From a bacterium (GTDB lineage Bacteria > UBA8248 > JACPRG01 > G963555815): a DNA stretch of 64,000 nucleotides. Every line of letters starts with the position of its first letter. Position 1 is the stretch's first letter. The DNA is taken from positions 544,001-608,000 of the forward strand of contig CAUVWX020000002.1 in assembly GCA_963555815.3 (NCBI GenBank), read 5' to 3'. The position numbers and the translations under genes are program-made. This document shows, piece by piece, positions 54,871-64,000 of the stretch. The notes beneath the pieces were generated by a model. It ran no database searches. It worked only from the letters and a program-made list of their open reading frames with translations, and was not told the origin of the DNA.

Positions 54871-56436
54871 ATGGCCTCGAAGGTCCTCATCCTCGATTTT
54901 GGCTCTCAGTACACCCAGCTCATCGCCAGGCGGGTGAGAGAGCAAAAAGTCTACTGCGAGATCATGCCCTGCACGGTGTCTCTCGAAAAGATCCGGGCCT
55001 TTGAGCCGGGGGGCCTCATCCTTTCAGGGGGTCCCTGGAGCGTCTATGGGTCAGACGCCCCCAAAGTCCCGAAGGCCGTGCTGGAGCTCGGGGTCCCGGT
55101 CCTTGGGATCTGCTACGGCCTCCAGTTCATGGCCCACCATCTGGGCGGAAAGGTCCGCCCACAGGCGAGACGGGAGTATGGACACGCGGGGCTCGAGATA
55201 CTGGACTCCTCAGACCTCTTCCAGGGCTTTGCGGGCGAGATCCCCGTCTGGATGAGCCACGGGGACGCCATCGAGGAGTGTCCGCCCGGGTTTCAGTCCA
55301 TCGGGCGGACCGAGAACTCCCCCGTGGCCGCGATGAGGAACGGGAGCCGAAAACTCTTTGGCATCCAGTTCCACCCCGAGGTGGTCCATACGCCAAAAGG
55401 CCGGGAGGTGCTGAGGAATTTCCTGTTTGGGATCTGCGGCGTCGCCCCTGAGTGGACCATGGCTTCCTTCATCGATACCTCTGTCCGAACCATCCGCGAA
55501 CAGGTCGGGGAGGAGGGGGTACTGCTCGGGCTTTCAGGGGGCGTCGATAGCGCTGTCGCCGCGGCCCTTCTCCAGCGTGCCATTGGGGATCAGCTGACCT
55601 GCATCTTTGTGGACAACGGCCTCCTACGAAAGGGGGAGGCACAAGAAGTGCTGGAGTTCTTCCAAGACCACATGAGGCTTCGGCTTCGCTTTCGGGAAGC
55701 CGGCCTGGAATTTTTAACGGCCCTTCGGGGAGTGACCGACCCCGAGGAGAAGCGACGGAGAATCGGTCGGCTCTTTATCAAAATATTCGAAATGGAGGCC
55801 GAGGGTGCCGAGCGCGAAAGCGCAAGAAGGCCCTGCCCTGCGCCGTTCACCTACCTATCCCAGGGGACCCTCTACCCCGACGTCATTGAGAGCGTCTCCT
55901 TCAAAGGTCCCTCGGCCACCATCAAAACGCACCACAACGTGGGAGGGCTCCCGGAGAACATGAATCTGAAACTCCTGGAGCCCCTTCGAGAACTCTTCAA
56001 GGATGAGGTGAGGAAGCTCGGCCAAGAGCTGGGGCTCCCCAGAGAGGTCCTCATCCGGCATCCCTTCCCGGGCCCAGGGCTCGCCGTGCGCATCCCCGGG
56101 GAGGTGACGGAGGGGGCCCTCCAGATCCTCCGCGAGGCGGACGCCATCTTCATGGAGGAGATAAAACGGGCGGGTCTCTACGAAGAGATCTGGCAGGCCT
56201 TCGCCGTCCTCCTTCCCGTCCGGACGGTCGGCGTCATGGGGGACCAACGGACCTATGAGCACGCCGTCGCCCTCCGGGCCGTAACGAGCCAAGACGGCAT
56301 GACGGCCGACTGGGTGAAACTCCCCGGGGACCTCCTGGGGGTCATCTCGGCCCGCATCATCAACGAGGTGAAAGGCGTGAATCGGGTTGTCTATGATATC
56401 TCCTCAAAACCCCCCGCCACGATTGAGTGGGAGTGA
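54871..56436 (+). CDS. guaA: GMP synthase
   Basis: [36 protein letters not shown]. Confidence 0.97.
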   Translation: MASKVLILDFGSQYTQLIARRVREQKVYCEIMPCTVSLEKIRAFEPGGLILSGGPWSVYGSDAPKVPKAVLELGVPVLGICYGLQFMAHHLGGKVRPQARREYGHAGLEILDSSDLFQGFAGEIPVWMSHGDAIEECPPGFQSIGRTENSPVAAMRNGSRKLFGIQFHPEVVHTPKGREVLRNFLFGICGVAPEWTMASFIDTSVRTIREQVGEEGVLLGLSGGVDSAVAAALLQRAIGDQLTCIFVDNGLLRKGEAQEVLEFFQDHMRLRLRFREAGLEFLTALRGVTDPEEKRRRIGRLFIKIFEMEAEGAERESARRPCPAPFTYLSQGTLYPDVIESVSFKGPSATIKTHHNVGGLPENMNLKLLEPLRELFKDEVRKLGQELGLPREVLIRHPFPGPGLAVRIPGEVTEGALQILREADAIFMEEIKRAGLYEEIWQAFAVLLPVRTVGVMGDQRTYEHAVALRAVTSQDGMTADWVKLPGDLLGVISARIINEVKGVNRVVYDISSKPPATIEWE

Positions 56437-56440
56437 GGTC

Positions 56441-56752
56441 GTGACGAAGAACGTCATCATGATCAATCTGATCGAGGTAAAGGAGGAAATGGCGAAAGAA
56501 TTCCTTGCCAGGTGGGATAAGGTCACTCAGTATATGCGAAAGCAACCGGGCTTCGTCCAGACCCAGCTTCACCGAAGGTTCGACGACCCCTCCCGGTGGG
56601 TCAACGTGGCTGAGTTCACGTCCATCCGGGCCATCAGGGCCGCCTTTGCCAACAAGGAGTTCGAGCTAATCTCTGGGGACTACCCCGGCCGTCGAGACAT
56701 CGGCCTCTACGCCATCGTGCGCTCGGCCCGAGCCACGAAGCGGAGGGGCTGA
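56441..56752 (+). CDS. Antibiotic biosynthesis monooxygenase (ABM) family protein
   Basis: F...W.....MRKQPGFVQTQLHR...WVNVAEF. Confidence 0.75.
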   Translation: MTKNVIMINLIEVKEEMAKEFLARWDKVTQYMRKQPGFVQTQLHRRFDDPSRWVNVAEFTSIRAIRAAFANKEFELISGDYPGRRDIGLYAIVRSARATKRRG

Positions 56753-56852
56753 CTTCCCGCGCTAAAAAGATCTAATCTAGATGTCATAGCGTAGCTCTTT
56801 AGAGCCGCCCTAGGGAATTCGGTTGCTGGCGTGCCCCCTGAGGGAGTGCCCC

Positions 56853-59800
56853 ATGCCCCACTCCGATTTCGTCCACCTTCACCTCCACACCCAATACAGC
56901 CTTCTCGACGGGGCGATCCGGATTGAACCACTCCTCCAAAGAGCCAATGCCCTCCAGATGCCGGCCCTGGCCGTCACCGACCACGGGAACCTCTTCGGGG
57001 CCATCAAGTTCTACCGGGCGGCCAAGGCCCACGGGATCAAGCCCATCCTAGGTTGTGAGGTCTACATGGCCCAGGGGAGCCGCTTTGACCGCACCCCTCT
57101 GTCAGGGGACTCCGCCGTCGGCGTCAACCACCTCCTTTTACTGGTCAAGAATGAGACGGGCTATCAGAACCTCATCCGGATCGTCGGAAAGAGCCACCTC
57201 GAGAGTTTTTACTACCGCCCCCGGGTTGACCGCGAGCTCCTGGAGCACCATGCCGAAGGCCTGATTGCAACGAGCGCCTGCCTGAACGGCGAGATTCCCC
57301 AGCGCCTTCTCCTAGGGGACGAAGAAGGGGCTCGTCGGACCGCCCGCTACTACCGGGACCTCTTCCCGGACCGCTTCTACATCGAGGTCCAGGACCACGG
57401 CATCTCGGAGCAGAAGAAGGTCCTGCCGGGGCTCATCAAGATTGCCCGGGAGCTGGAACTCCCCCTTCTGGCCTCGAACGACTGCCACTATCTGGAGGCC
57501 GGGGACGCCTCGGCCCACGAGACCCTCCTCTGCATCCAGACGGGAAAGACCCGCTCAGACCCGGCGCGCTGGAGGTTCGGATCCGATCAGCTCTACCTCA
57601 AGTCTCCCGAGGAGATGAAGGCGCTCTGCCAGGAGTTCCCCGAGGCCTGGAAGAACACCCTTCGGGTGGCCGAGCGTTGCAACCTGGACATTCGATTCGG
57701 CGAAGGCCATCTTCCCCACTACCAGACCCCGGACGGGACCTCCCTGGACGAGTACCTCGCTCGGCGAGCGCAAGAAGGTCTCGAGGCGCGCCTCTCGACT
57801 GCGGGTCCGGCCCCCGGTTTCCCACCGGAATCCTACGCCAAACGCCTGGAAGAAGAGCTCCGGATGATTCGAGAGATGCACTACTCGGGCTATTTCCTCA
57901 TTGTCTCGGACTTCATCGACTACGCCAAGGGGAGGGAGATCCCCGTCGGTCCAGGCCGCGGCTCTTCCGCCGGGAGCCTCGTCGCCTACAGCCTGGGGGT
58001 CACCGACCTCGACCCCCTTCGCTACGGCCTTCTCTTCGAGCGTTTTCTGAACCCGAAGCGGGTCAGCATGCCCGACATCGACATTGACTTCTGCATGGAG
58101 CGCCGAGACGAGGTCATCCAATACGTCACGGAGAAATACGGGCGGGAGAATGTGGCCCAGATCATCACCTTCGGGACCATGATGGCCAAGGGCGTTATCC
58201 GCGATGTGGGCCGGGCCATGGACATCCCTTACGGCGAGGTGGACCGGATTGCGAAGCTCGTGCCGACGCGCCTGAATATTACGCTGGAGGAGGCCCTTCA
58301 GGAGGAGCCCCGCCTTCGTGAACAGCGCGACCGAGAACCGAAGGTCGCCGAGCTTCTGCAGACGGCCAAAACCCTTGAGGGGCTCTCGCGCCACTCCAGC
58401 ACCCACGCCGCTGGCGTCGTCATCTCCCCCCGGCCTCTCATCGAGACGGTTCCTCTGGCCAAGGGGACCAAGGGAGAGGCGCTGACCCAGTACGACATGC
58501 TGGATATCGAGGCCCTCGGGCTTCTAAAGATGGACTTCCTGGGCTTGAGGACTCTGACGGTCATCCGCCGGGCCGAGGAGCTCATCCGGGCCGAAGGGGA
58601 GAAGACAGATTTTCAGATCGAGGATATCCCTCTCGATGACCCCGAGACCTTCCGCCTCTTCGGCGAGGCCAGGACAACGGGGGTCTTTCAGTGCGAGAGC
58701 CGGGGGGTCCGTGAGATCCTCAGGAGGCTTCGGCCCGAGCGCTTTGAGGACATCATCGCCGTTGTCGCCCTCTACCGCCCAGGGCCCCTTGGGAGCGGGA
58801 TGGTGGAGGAGTTCATCAATCGAAGGCAGGGCAAGGTGTCCACCGAATACGATCTCCCCCAGCTGGAGGACATTCTTAAAGAGACGCACGGTGTCATCCT
58901 CTATCAGGAACAGGTGATGCAGATGGCCACCCTCCTCGCCGGCTTCAGCCCGGGCGCGGCCGACCTCCTTCGCCGGGCCATGGGAAAGAAGAAGCCTGAG
59001 GAGATGGCCCGCCAGCGCGAGAATTTTTTGCAGGGCTGCGCCGAGCGGGGGATCCCCACTGAACGGGCCGAGCGCCTCTTTGAGCTCATGGCCTACTTTG
59101 CCGGTTACGGCTTCAACAAGTCCCACAGCGCCGCCTACGCCCTCGTGGCTTACCGAACCGCTTACCTCAAGGCCCACTACCCACGAGAGTTCATGGCCTC
59201 CCTCCTCACGTGCGACATGGACAACACCGACAAGGTGATGAAGAACATCGGGGAGTGCCGCGAGATGGATATCCCCGTCCTCCCCCCGGACATCAACCAG
59301 AGCGGAAAACAGTTCACCGTCTCCCCTGAGGGCCTCCGCTTTGGCCTCGCCGCCGTTAAAAACGTCGGCGAAGGGGCTGTGGACGCGATGCTCAAGGCGA
59401 GAGAGGAAGGCCCCTTCTCTTCTCTTTTCAACTTCTGCGAGCAGGTGGACGCCCGTCAGGTCAACCGAAGGGTGGTGGAGTCTCTCATCAAGTGCGGGGC
59501 CTTCGACTCGACCGGCGCAAAACGCTCTCAGCTCATAGCCGTCCTCGACCAGGCCCTGGGAAGGGCGGGAAAGAGCCAGCAGGACCGGATGACGGGCCAA
59601 AAAAGCCTTTTTGGCGCGGACACCTCCGAGGGCGCGGCCGACCTTCCCCTTCCGTCCATAGAAGAATGGACGGACCGGGAGCTTCTGAGTCAGGAGAGAG
59701 AGGCCTTGGGCTTCTTCATCACAGGACACCCCCTCGACCGCTTTGAACGCGACCTGAAACTCCTAACAGACACCAACACAGGGGCCCTTCCCGAGGTTCC

Positions 59801-60314
59801 ATCGGACCGAAAGGTCCGCCTCGGGGGGATTGTGAGCGGCCTAAAAGTGCAAACCACAAAAAGAGGCAATCTGATGGCCCGGTTCCGCCTGGAAGATCTG
59901 GATGGCTTTGCCGACGTCATCGTCTTCCCGGACACTTATAAGGAGGCGGCCCCCCATCTTGAAATGGGCGATGAGCCGATCTTCGTCATTGGGACGACGG
60001 ACTCGGGAGAGAACGGCGTCACGCTCAAGGCGGAGAAGATTCTGCCCCTGACCCAGGCCCGGAAGAAGATGGCCTCGCGCGTTTTCATCCGGATCCCGGC
60101 ACAAGATCGAAACAGAGAGGTCCTTCGAGCCCTCCTCATCGATCTCAAAGAGGTCCTGGGGAATTTCCGAGGGGATCTCCCGCTGGTCCTTCAATTTCTC
60201 TCCGGCGCCACAAGCCGTAAGAAGATTTTTGCCGAATTCAAGGTCGATCCCTCCCCTGAGATGGTCGAGCGGGTCGAGGCCCTATTGGGCAAAGACTCCG
60301 TCCACCTGGGGTGA
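56853..60314 (+). CDS. dnaE: DNA polymerase III subunit alpha
   Basis: FVHLHLHTQYSLLDG, GPGRGS, MPDIDIDF, KMDFLGL, YGFNKSHS, OB fold. No intein. Confidence 0.98.
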   Translation: MPHSDFVHLHLHTQYSLLDGAIRIEPLLQRANALQMPALAVTDHGNLFGAIKFYRAAKAHGIKPILGCEVYMAQGSRFDRTPLSGDSAVGVNHLLLLVKNETGYQNLIRIVGKSHLESFYYRPRVDRELLEHHAEGLIATSACLNGEIPQRLLLGDEEGARRTARYYRDLFPDRFYIEVQDHGISEQKKVLPGLIKIARELELPLLASNDCHYLEAGDASAHETLLCIQTGKTRSDPARWRFGSDQLYLKSPEEMKALCQEFPEAWKNTLRVAERCNLDIRFGEGHLPHYQTPDGTSLDEYLARRAQEGLEARLSTAGPAPGFPPESYAKRLEEELRMIREMHYSGYFLIVSDFIDYAKGREIPVGPGRGSSAGSLVAYSLGVTDLDPLRYGLLFERFLNPKRVSMPDIDIDFCMERRDEVIQYVTEKYGRENVAQIITFGTMMAKGVIRDVGRAMDIPYGEVDRIAKLVPTRLNITLEEALQEEPRLREQRDREPKVAELLQTAKTLEGLSRHSSTHAAGVVISPRPLIETVPLAKGTKGEALTQYDMLDIEALGLLKMDFLGLRTLTVIRRAEELIRAEGEKTDFQIEDIPLDDPETFRLFGEARTTGVFQCESRGVREILRRLRPERFEDIIAVVALYRPGPLGSGMVEEFINRRQGKVSTEYDLPQLEDILKETHGVILYQEQVMQMATLLAGFSPGAADLLRRAMGKKKPEEMARQRENFLQGCAERGIPTERAERLFELMAYFAGYGFNKSHSAAYALVAYRTAYLKAHYPREFMASLLTCDMDNTDKVMKNIGECREMDIPVLPPDINQSGKQFTVSPEGLRFGLAAVKNVGEGAVDAMLKAREEGPFSSLFNFCEQVDARQVNRRVVESLIKCGAFDSTGAKRSQLIAVLDQALGRAGKSQQDRMTGQKSLFGADTSEGAADLPLPSIEEWTDRELLSQEREALGFFITGHPLDRFERDLKLLTDTNTGALPEVPSDRKVRLGGIVSGLKVQTTKRGNLMARFRLEDLDGFADVIVFPDTYKEAAPHLEMGDEPIFVIGTTDSGENGVTLKAEKILPLTQARKKMASRVFIRIPAQDRNREVLRALLIDLKEVLGNFRGDLPLVLQFLSGATSRKKIFAEFKVDPSPEMVERVEALLGKDSVHLG

Positions 60315-60456
60315 GAAACATAGCCCTCATGATTCACAGCCCCCCCGAGGGCCCGACCAAAGCAGACCCCTTCCTTTCTTTACTCGCCCCCCCGAAATGG
60401 ATATCCTGAGGGGACCAGGGAAAAGCTGGGGGCCGTTATCCGAGGGTGGTTTCAGG

Positions 60457-61161
60457 ATGCCGAGTTTTAACTGGACGTGGCTTGGCCGGACGGACTATGA
60501 AGAGGCCCTCGGGCTTCAAAAAACCCTCCGGGAAAGACGCCAGGCCGGAGAGATCCCTGACCAGCTCCTTCTCCTCGAGCACCCTCCCGTCCTGACCGTG
60601 GGCCGGGGCGGGAACGCGGGCAATATCCTGGCCTCCCCCAAAAAACTTCTGGGTCTGAGGATTCCTGTTCACCGCATCAACAGAGGGGGAGACGTCACCT
60701 ATCACGGGCCCGGGCAGCTCGTGGGCTATCCCATCCTCGACCTGAGGGCGAGGGGGAGAGACGCCCACCGCTACCTTCGAGACCTTGAAAAGGTTTTCAT
60801 AAAGCTCCTCCTTGGACGGGGGATTCAGGCCCGTCGATCCCCTGGCCGCACCGGGGTCTGGGTGGGAAACGCAAAGATCCTCGCCATCGGGGTCGGCCTC
60901 AGGCGGTGGACGACGCTTCACGGATTCGCCTTCAATGTCAGGACGGACCTCTCCCTGTTTGACCTCATCCGGCCCTGTGGCCTCGAGATGGGGACCGCGA
61001 CGTCCCTGGAGACCCTGGAGGGACAAAAAACGCGGGTTGAAGACCTTGTGGATGAAGTGGTCGCCCGGTTCGCCGAGGTCTTCGGGATGGAAGGAGAACC
61101 GCTTCACAAGGACGAGCTGTTCCTTCCCGTGACGCAAGTGGGAACCGAGGGGTCTCTTTGA
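60457..61161 (+). CDS. lipB: Octanoyltransferase
   Basis: LLEHPPV, RGGDVTYHGPGQLVGYPI, HGFAFN, PCG. Confidence 0.95.
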   Translation: MPSFNWTWLGRTDYEEALGLQKTLRERRQAGEIPDQLLLLEHPPVLTVGRGGNAGNILASPKKLLGLRIPVHRINRGGDVTYHGPGQLVGYPILDLRARGRDAHRYLRDLEKVFIKLLLGRGIQARRSPGRTGVWVGNAKILAIGVGLRRWTTLHGFAFNVRTDLSLFDLIRPCGLEMGTATSLETLEGQKTRVEDLVDEVVARFAEVFGMEGEPLHKDELFLPVTQVGTEGSL

Positions 61162-62006
61162 GAGGAGGGAGGATGGGCAGGACCCAGAAAATTTTTACCC
61201 CTTCTCCGCCACCGGCGCTGGGGTCCTTGGGACGAGAGGGACCGAGGGCGGTGGGCTTCGTCTTATTGGCCATCGTGTTTTTCTTCATGGCCACCGACGC
61301 TTATGCTACAAGTCTTTTGTCTCTTGAAGGGTGGAGAGAGTTCGGGCTTCGGGGCTGGATTCTCTTTCAGCGGGGCGGGGTCGTCATGTACCCCATCCTC
61401 TTCTGCTCCATCCTGGGCGTGGGGGTTTCCCTGGAGCGCCTCTTCAGCCTGAGGCGAGGCCGCGTCATCCGGCAGGATTTTCTGGACGATGTGCGCCACC
61501 ACTGGTCCAACGGGGACGCGAAAGAGGCTCTGAAAGTCTGCCAGGGTTGCAACATTTCCATCGCCCGGGTCCTCCGGGCGGGACTTCAACGCCTCGGCCA
61601 TCCTCTTGCCGACATCGAGCGGGCCATTGATTCGGCGGGCCAGCACGAAGTCTCCCTCCTCACCACTCATCTTCGGGCCCTTGGGTTCCTGGGCAATGTC
61701 GCCCCCATGCTGGGCTTTCTCGGGACAGTGGCGGGGATGATCCAGGCCTTTAACGTGATCTCTCAAAGCGGGACAGGGGATCCGGGTCTGGTGGCGGCGG
61801 GGATCTCAGAGGCCCTGATCACGTCGGCCGCCGGCCTCGTGGTGGGGATCCCGTCTCTGGCCGCCTACCATTACTTTCGTTCCAGGGTGGACGGTTACGT
61901 CTCCGAGATGGAGGGCATCTCCCTCGACCTCCTAGAGGGTCTTGCCAAGGGGATTTCGGAGGGAGGCGCCCCGGGGGTCAAGAGCCATGCGGTTCAATCG
62001 TCCTGA
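61158..62006 (+). CDS. exbB: MotA/TolQ/ExbB proton channel protein
   Basis: GGVVMYPI, APMLGFLGTVAGMI, GISEALITSAAGL. Confidence 0.88.
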   Translation: MRGGRMGRTQKIFTPSPPPALGSLGREGPRAVGFVLLAIVFFFMATDAYATSLLSLEGWREFGLRGWILFQRGGVVMYPILFCSILGVGVSLERLFSLRRGRVIRQDFLDDVRHHWSNGDAKEALKVCQGCNISIARVLRAGLQRLGHPLADIERAIDSAGQHEVSLLTTHLRALGFLGNVAPMLGFLGTVAGMIQAFNVISQSGTGDPGLVAAGISEALITSAAGLVVGIPSLAAYHYFRSRVDGYVSEMEGISLDLLEGLAKGISEGGAPGVKSHAVQSS

Positions 62007-62385
62007 GGAAGATTACAACCTTCCTTTCATCTCCATGGTCGACGTCGTCTTCCTCCTCATCATCTTCTTTATGGTCTCGACCACCTTCATCGATTTCACG
62101 CGGCGGATTGACATAGAGCTGCCGGACGCGAAGGCAGGGGCTCCGACCGAAAAGGTCCACGAGATCCTCATCGAGGTGGAGGAGAACGGGGACCTATTTT
62201 TGAACGGCCAGGCGATCACGCTAATCGGCCTTGAGGCGGCCCTGGAGGCCACTCGAGGGGAAGAGAGGCGCTCGGCCGTCATCCGGGCAGACCGAAGGCT
62301 CCCCTACGGTCTCATCGTGAGAGTGTTGGGGATCTCCCGGGCCTCTGGGATTTACGACATCGGGGTCGCCTTGAAGGAGGAGTGA
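61987..62385 (+). CDS. exbD: ExbD/TolR biopolymer transport protein
   Basis: MVDVVFLLIIFFMV, ELP, IRAD. Confidence 0.88.
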   Translation: MRFNRPEEDYNLPFISMVDVVFLLIIFFMVSTTFIDFTRRIDIELPDAKAGAPTEKVHEILIEVEENGDLFLNGQAITLIGLEAALEATRGEERRSAVIRADRRLPYGLIVRVLGISRASGIYDIGVALKEE

Positions 62386-62481
62386 CCTCTCATCCCGGGC
62401 GAAAGGCACGAAAATTAACCGGGGTCATCAAGGAGTCTAAGCAGTCTATCGCCGGACGGAGTTGATGGAGCAAAAAGTCTG

Positions 62482-63261
62482 ATGGCCATCCCCTTCTCGA
62501 CGCGTCTCTGGGTCTACACCAATTACGACTGCAACCTCTCTTGTATTTACTGCTGTGCCCGCTCCCACCCCAAGGCCGAACGGCGGGAGATCGGTCTAAA
62601 AACTTTCCAAAAATTGGTGGATGAGGCCGCCAATCTTGGGTTTGAGGAACTTTATCTGACAGGAGGAGAGCCGTTCCTTCTGCCCGAGATCTTCGACATG
62701 CTGAGCCACTCCCTCCCCCGGATTCCCACGACCGTCCTCACCAATGCGACCATCTTCACGCCAAAGCGGCTCGAACGCTTGAAGACGCTGCCGACAGGAC
62801 ACCTCTCCCTTCAGGTGAGCATCGACAGCCCAGACGCCGTTGTGAATGATTTTTACCGCGGAGCGGGGAGTTTCGAAAAGGCCCTAAAAGGGGTCCGTAG
62901 CCTGACGGCGGCGGGCATGCGCGTCCGCATCGGGGCGACAGAGACGCCCAAAAGCCGCGGACAGGGGGAGACCCTCTTTGACTTCCTCTCTGGCGAAGGG
63001 ATCTCTCGGGATGACCAGGTCCTTCGGCCCCTCGCCATGCGGGGCTTCTCGGAGGACGGGAAGGAGATCACGACCGACAAGCTCCTTCCCGAGCTTTGCG
63101 TAGACCGGGATGGGGTCTACTGGCACCCCGTCTCGACGGACGAGGACTTCCGCATCTGCCAGGAGATCTTTCCCCTCTCTCGGGTTGTTGCCACCGTTGA
63201 GGCTGAACTCATTCGCAGGGAGCGGGAAGGCATCCAAAGCGTCCCGTTTCAGTGAGCCTAG
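62482..63261 (+). CDS. Radical SAM protein (Rv1681/MoeX-like), probable selenoprotein with penultimate Sec
   Basis: CNLSCIYC, TGGEP, DGVYWHP. Ends TTT CAG TGA GCC TAG = F-Q-U-A-stop. Confidence 0.8.
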
Positions 63262-63284
63262 CCCTTTGGCCCGGTCGGGCCGAG
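63256..63284 (+). promoter_or_regulatory. Putative bacterial SECIS element
   Basis: TTGGCCC-GGTC-GGGCCGA hairpin, loop at +18 to +21 from UGA 63253-63255. Confidence 0.65.
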
Positions 63285-63341
63285 TCAAGAAGAAGATAGA
63301 CGGCCATTCAAGGTTTTTATTTTTCCATCACAAAATAACGC

Positions 63342-63998
63342 CTAAGAGGACTTGGCGCCCTCGCCTGACAAGACCTCCCAGAGACAAATGGTATTGTCCG
63401 CTGACCCTGAGGCGAGGAAGCGGCCATCCGGCGAAAAGGCGACAGAGCGGACCGTCCTTTCGTGCCCCCTCAGGCATCCCAGCTCTTTTCCTGAGGACAC
63501 GTCCCAGAGGCGGATCTTATGGTCCCGCGATCCAGACGCCAGAAGGCGGCCATCGGGCGAAAAGGCGACGGAGTAGACCCTGCCTACATTTTCGCCGAGG
63601 CGCCTCAATTCCTTCCCTGAGGACACATCCCAGAGGCGGACGGTCTCGTCAACAGCCCCTGAGGCCAGCAGGCGGCCATCGGGCGAAAAGGCGATGCTCC
63701 TGATCCAATCCCTGTGTCCATCAAGGCGCATCAGCGGTTGACCTGAGGACGGATCCCATAAGCGGATAGTCCTGTCGTCCGACCCGGAGGCCAGGATGCG
63801 GCCATCGGGCGAAAAGGCAATGGAGTTCACATCAGCCTTATGCGCTTCCTTACGTTCCTCCGTAAGGACTTTTAGCCCCTGCCCAGAGGACACGTCCCAG
63901 AGGCGGATCAAGGCGTCTTTTGACCCTGACGCCAGGACTTGACTGTCAGGCGAAAAAGAAACGGCGTAGACCCAGCCCCCAACCCCCCCAAGGCGTCT
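63342..63998 (-). CDS. WD40 repeat protein (5'-truncated by window edge)
   Basis: Repeats of (G)H...V.S(V/I)AFSPDGR.LASGS.D.TIRLWD; frame open to the window end; 126-bp DNA periodicity. Confidence 0.92.
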   Translation of the reverse strand, partial: RRLGGVGGWVYAVSFSPDSQVLASGSKDALIRLWDVSSGQGLKVLTEERKEAHKADVNSIAFSPDGRILASGSDDRTIRLWDPSSGQPLMRLDGHRDWIRSIAFSPDGRLLASGAVDETVRLWDVSSGKELRRLGENVGRVYSVAFSPDGRLLASGSRDHKIRLWDVSSGKELGCLRGHERTVRSVAFSPDGRFLASGSADNTICLWEVLSGEGAKSS

Positions 63999-64000
63999 TA

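Noticed and set aside
56853..60314. Possible intein in dnaE
   Set aside because: Length and motif spacing are those of an uninterrupted alpha subunit.
62386..62481. Intergenic region with GCGAAAG and GTCTAAG fragments reminiscent of a c-di-GMP-I riboswitch
   Set aside because: The required P1/P2 pairings and conserved order could not be built.

Overview
GC-rich, gene-dense bacterial chromosome segment. The housekeeping synteny (ppiD/mreBCD-mrdA-rodA-rng-dprA-topA-trmFO-xerC-hslVU-argB; folC-folP-PTPS-folE2-panE; purH, ilvA, leuA, mnmA, mazG, mutL-dam-guaBA-dnaE-lipB-exbBD) suggests a diderm of deltaproteobacterial/Nitrospinota type; this assignment is inference only. I found no rRNA, tRNA, CRISPR array or IS element. 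The main result is three apparent selenoproteins that the ORF track splits or truncates. Each has an in-frame TGA at a position where the family has Cys/Sec, followed by a hairpin with bacterial SECIS geometry. They are (1) a glutaredoxin (U-P-W-C) fused to an AhpF/TrxB-type flavin reductase, (2) an iodothyronine-deiodinase-like protein (GALT-U-PP) about 1.2 kb away on the opposite strand, and (3) an Rv1681/MoeX-like radical SAM enzyme ending F-Q-U-A. The first two may form a selenium-dependent reductase/deiodinase module. Other notable items: an actinobacterial-type GlnR regulator with a GlnR box in front of glnA; a ThrC-like/CysO/JAB/NIL/NIL sulfur-relay operon; a PTPS-III-type FolB bypass enzyme; exported and cytoplasmic muconolactone-isomerase-like paralogs; two DnaA-box clusters of identical geometry flanking leuA; an orphan Dam coupled to an endonuclease-type MutL; and inverted TPR paralogs sharing a 74/76-bp block. 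Two single-base homopolymer frameshifts (GlnR-like gene, treT) look like assembly errors.
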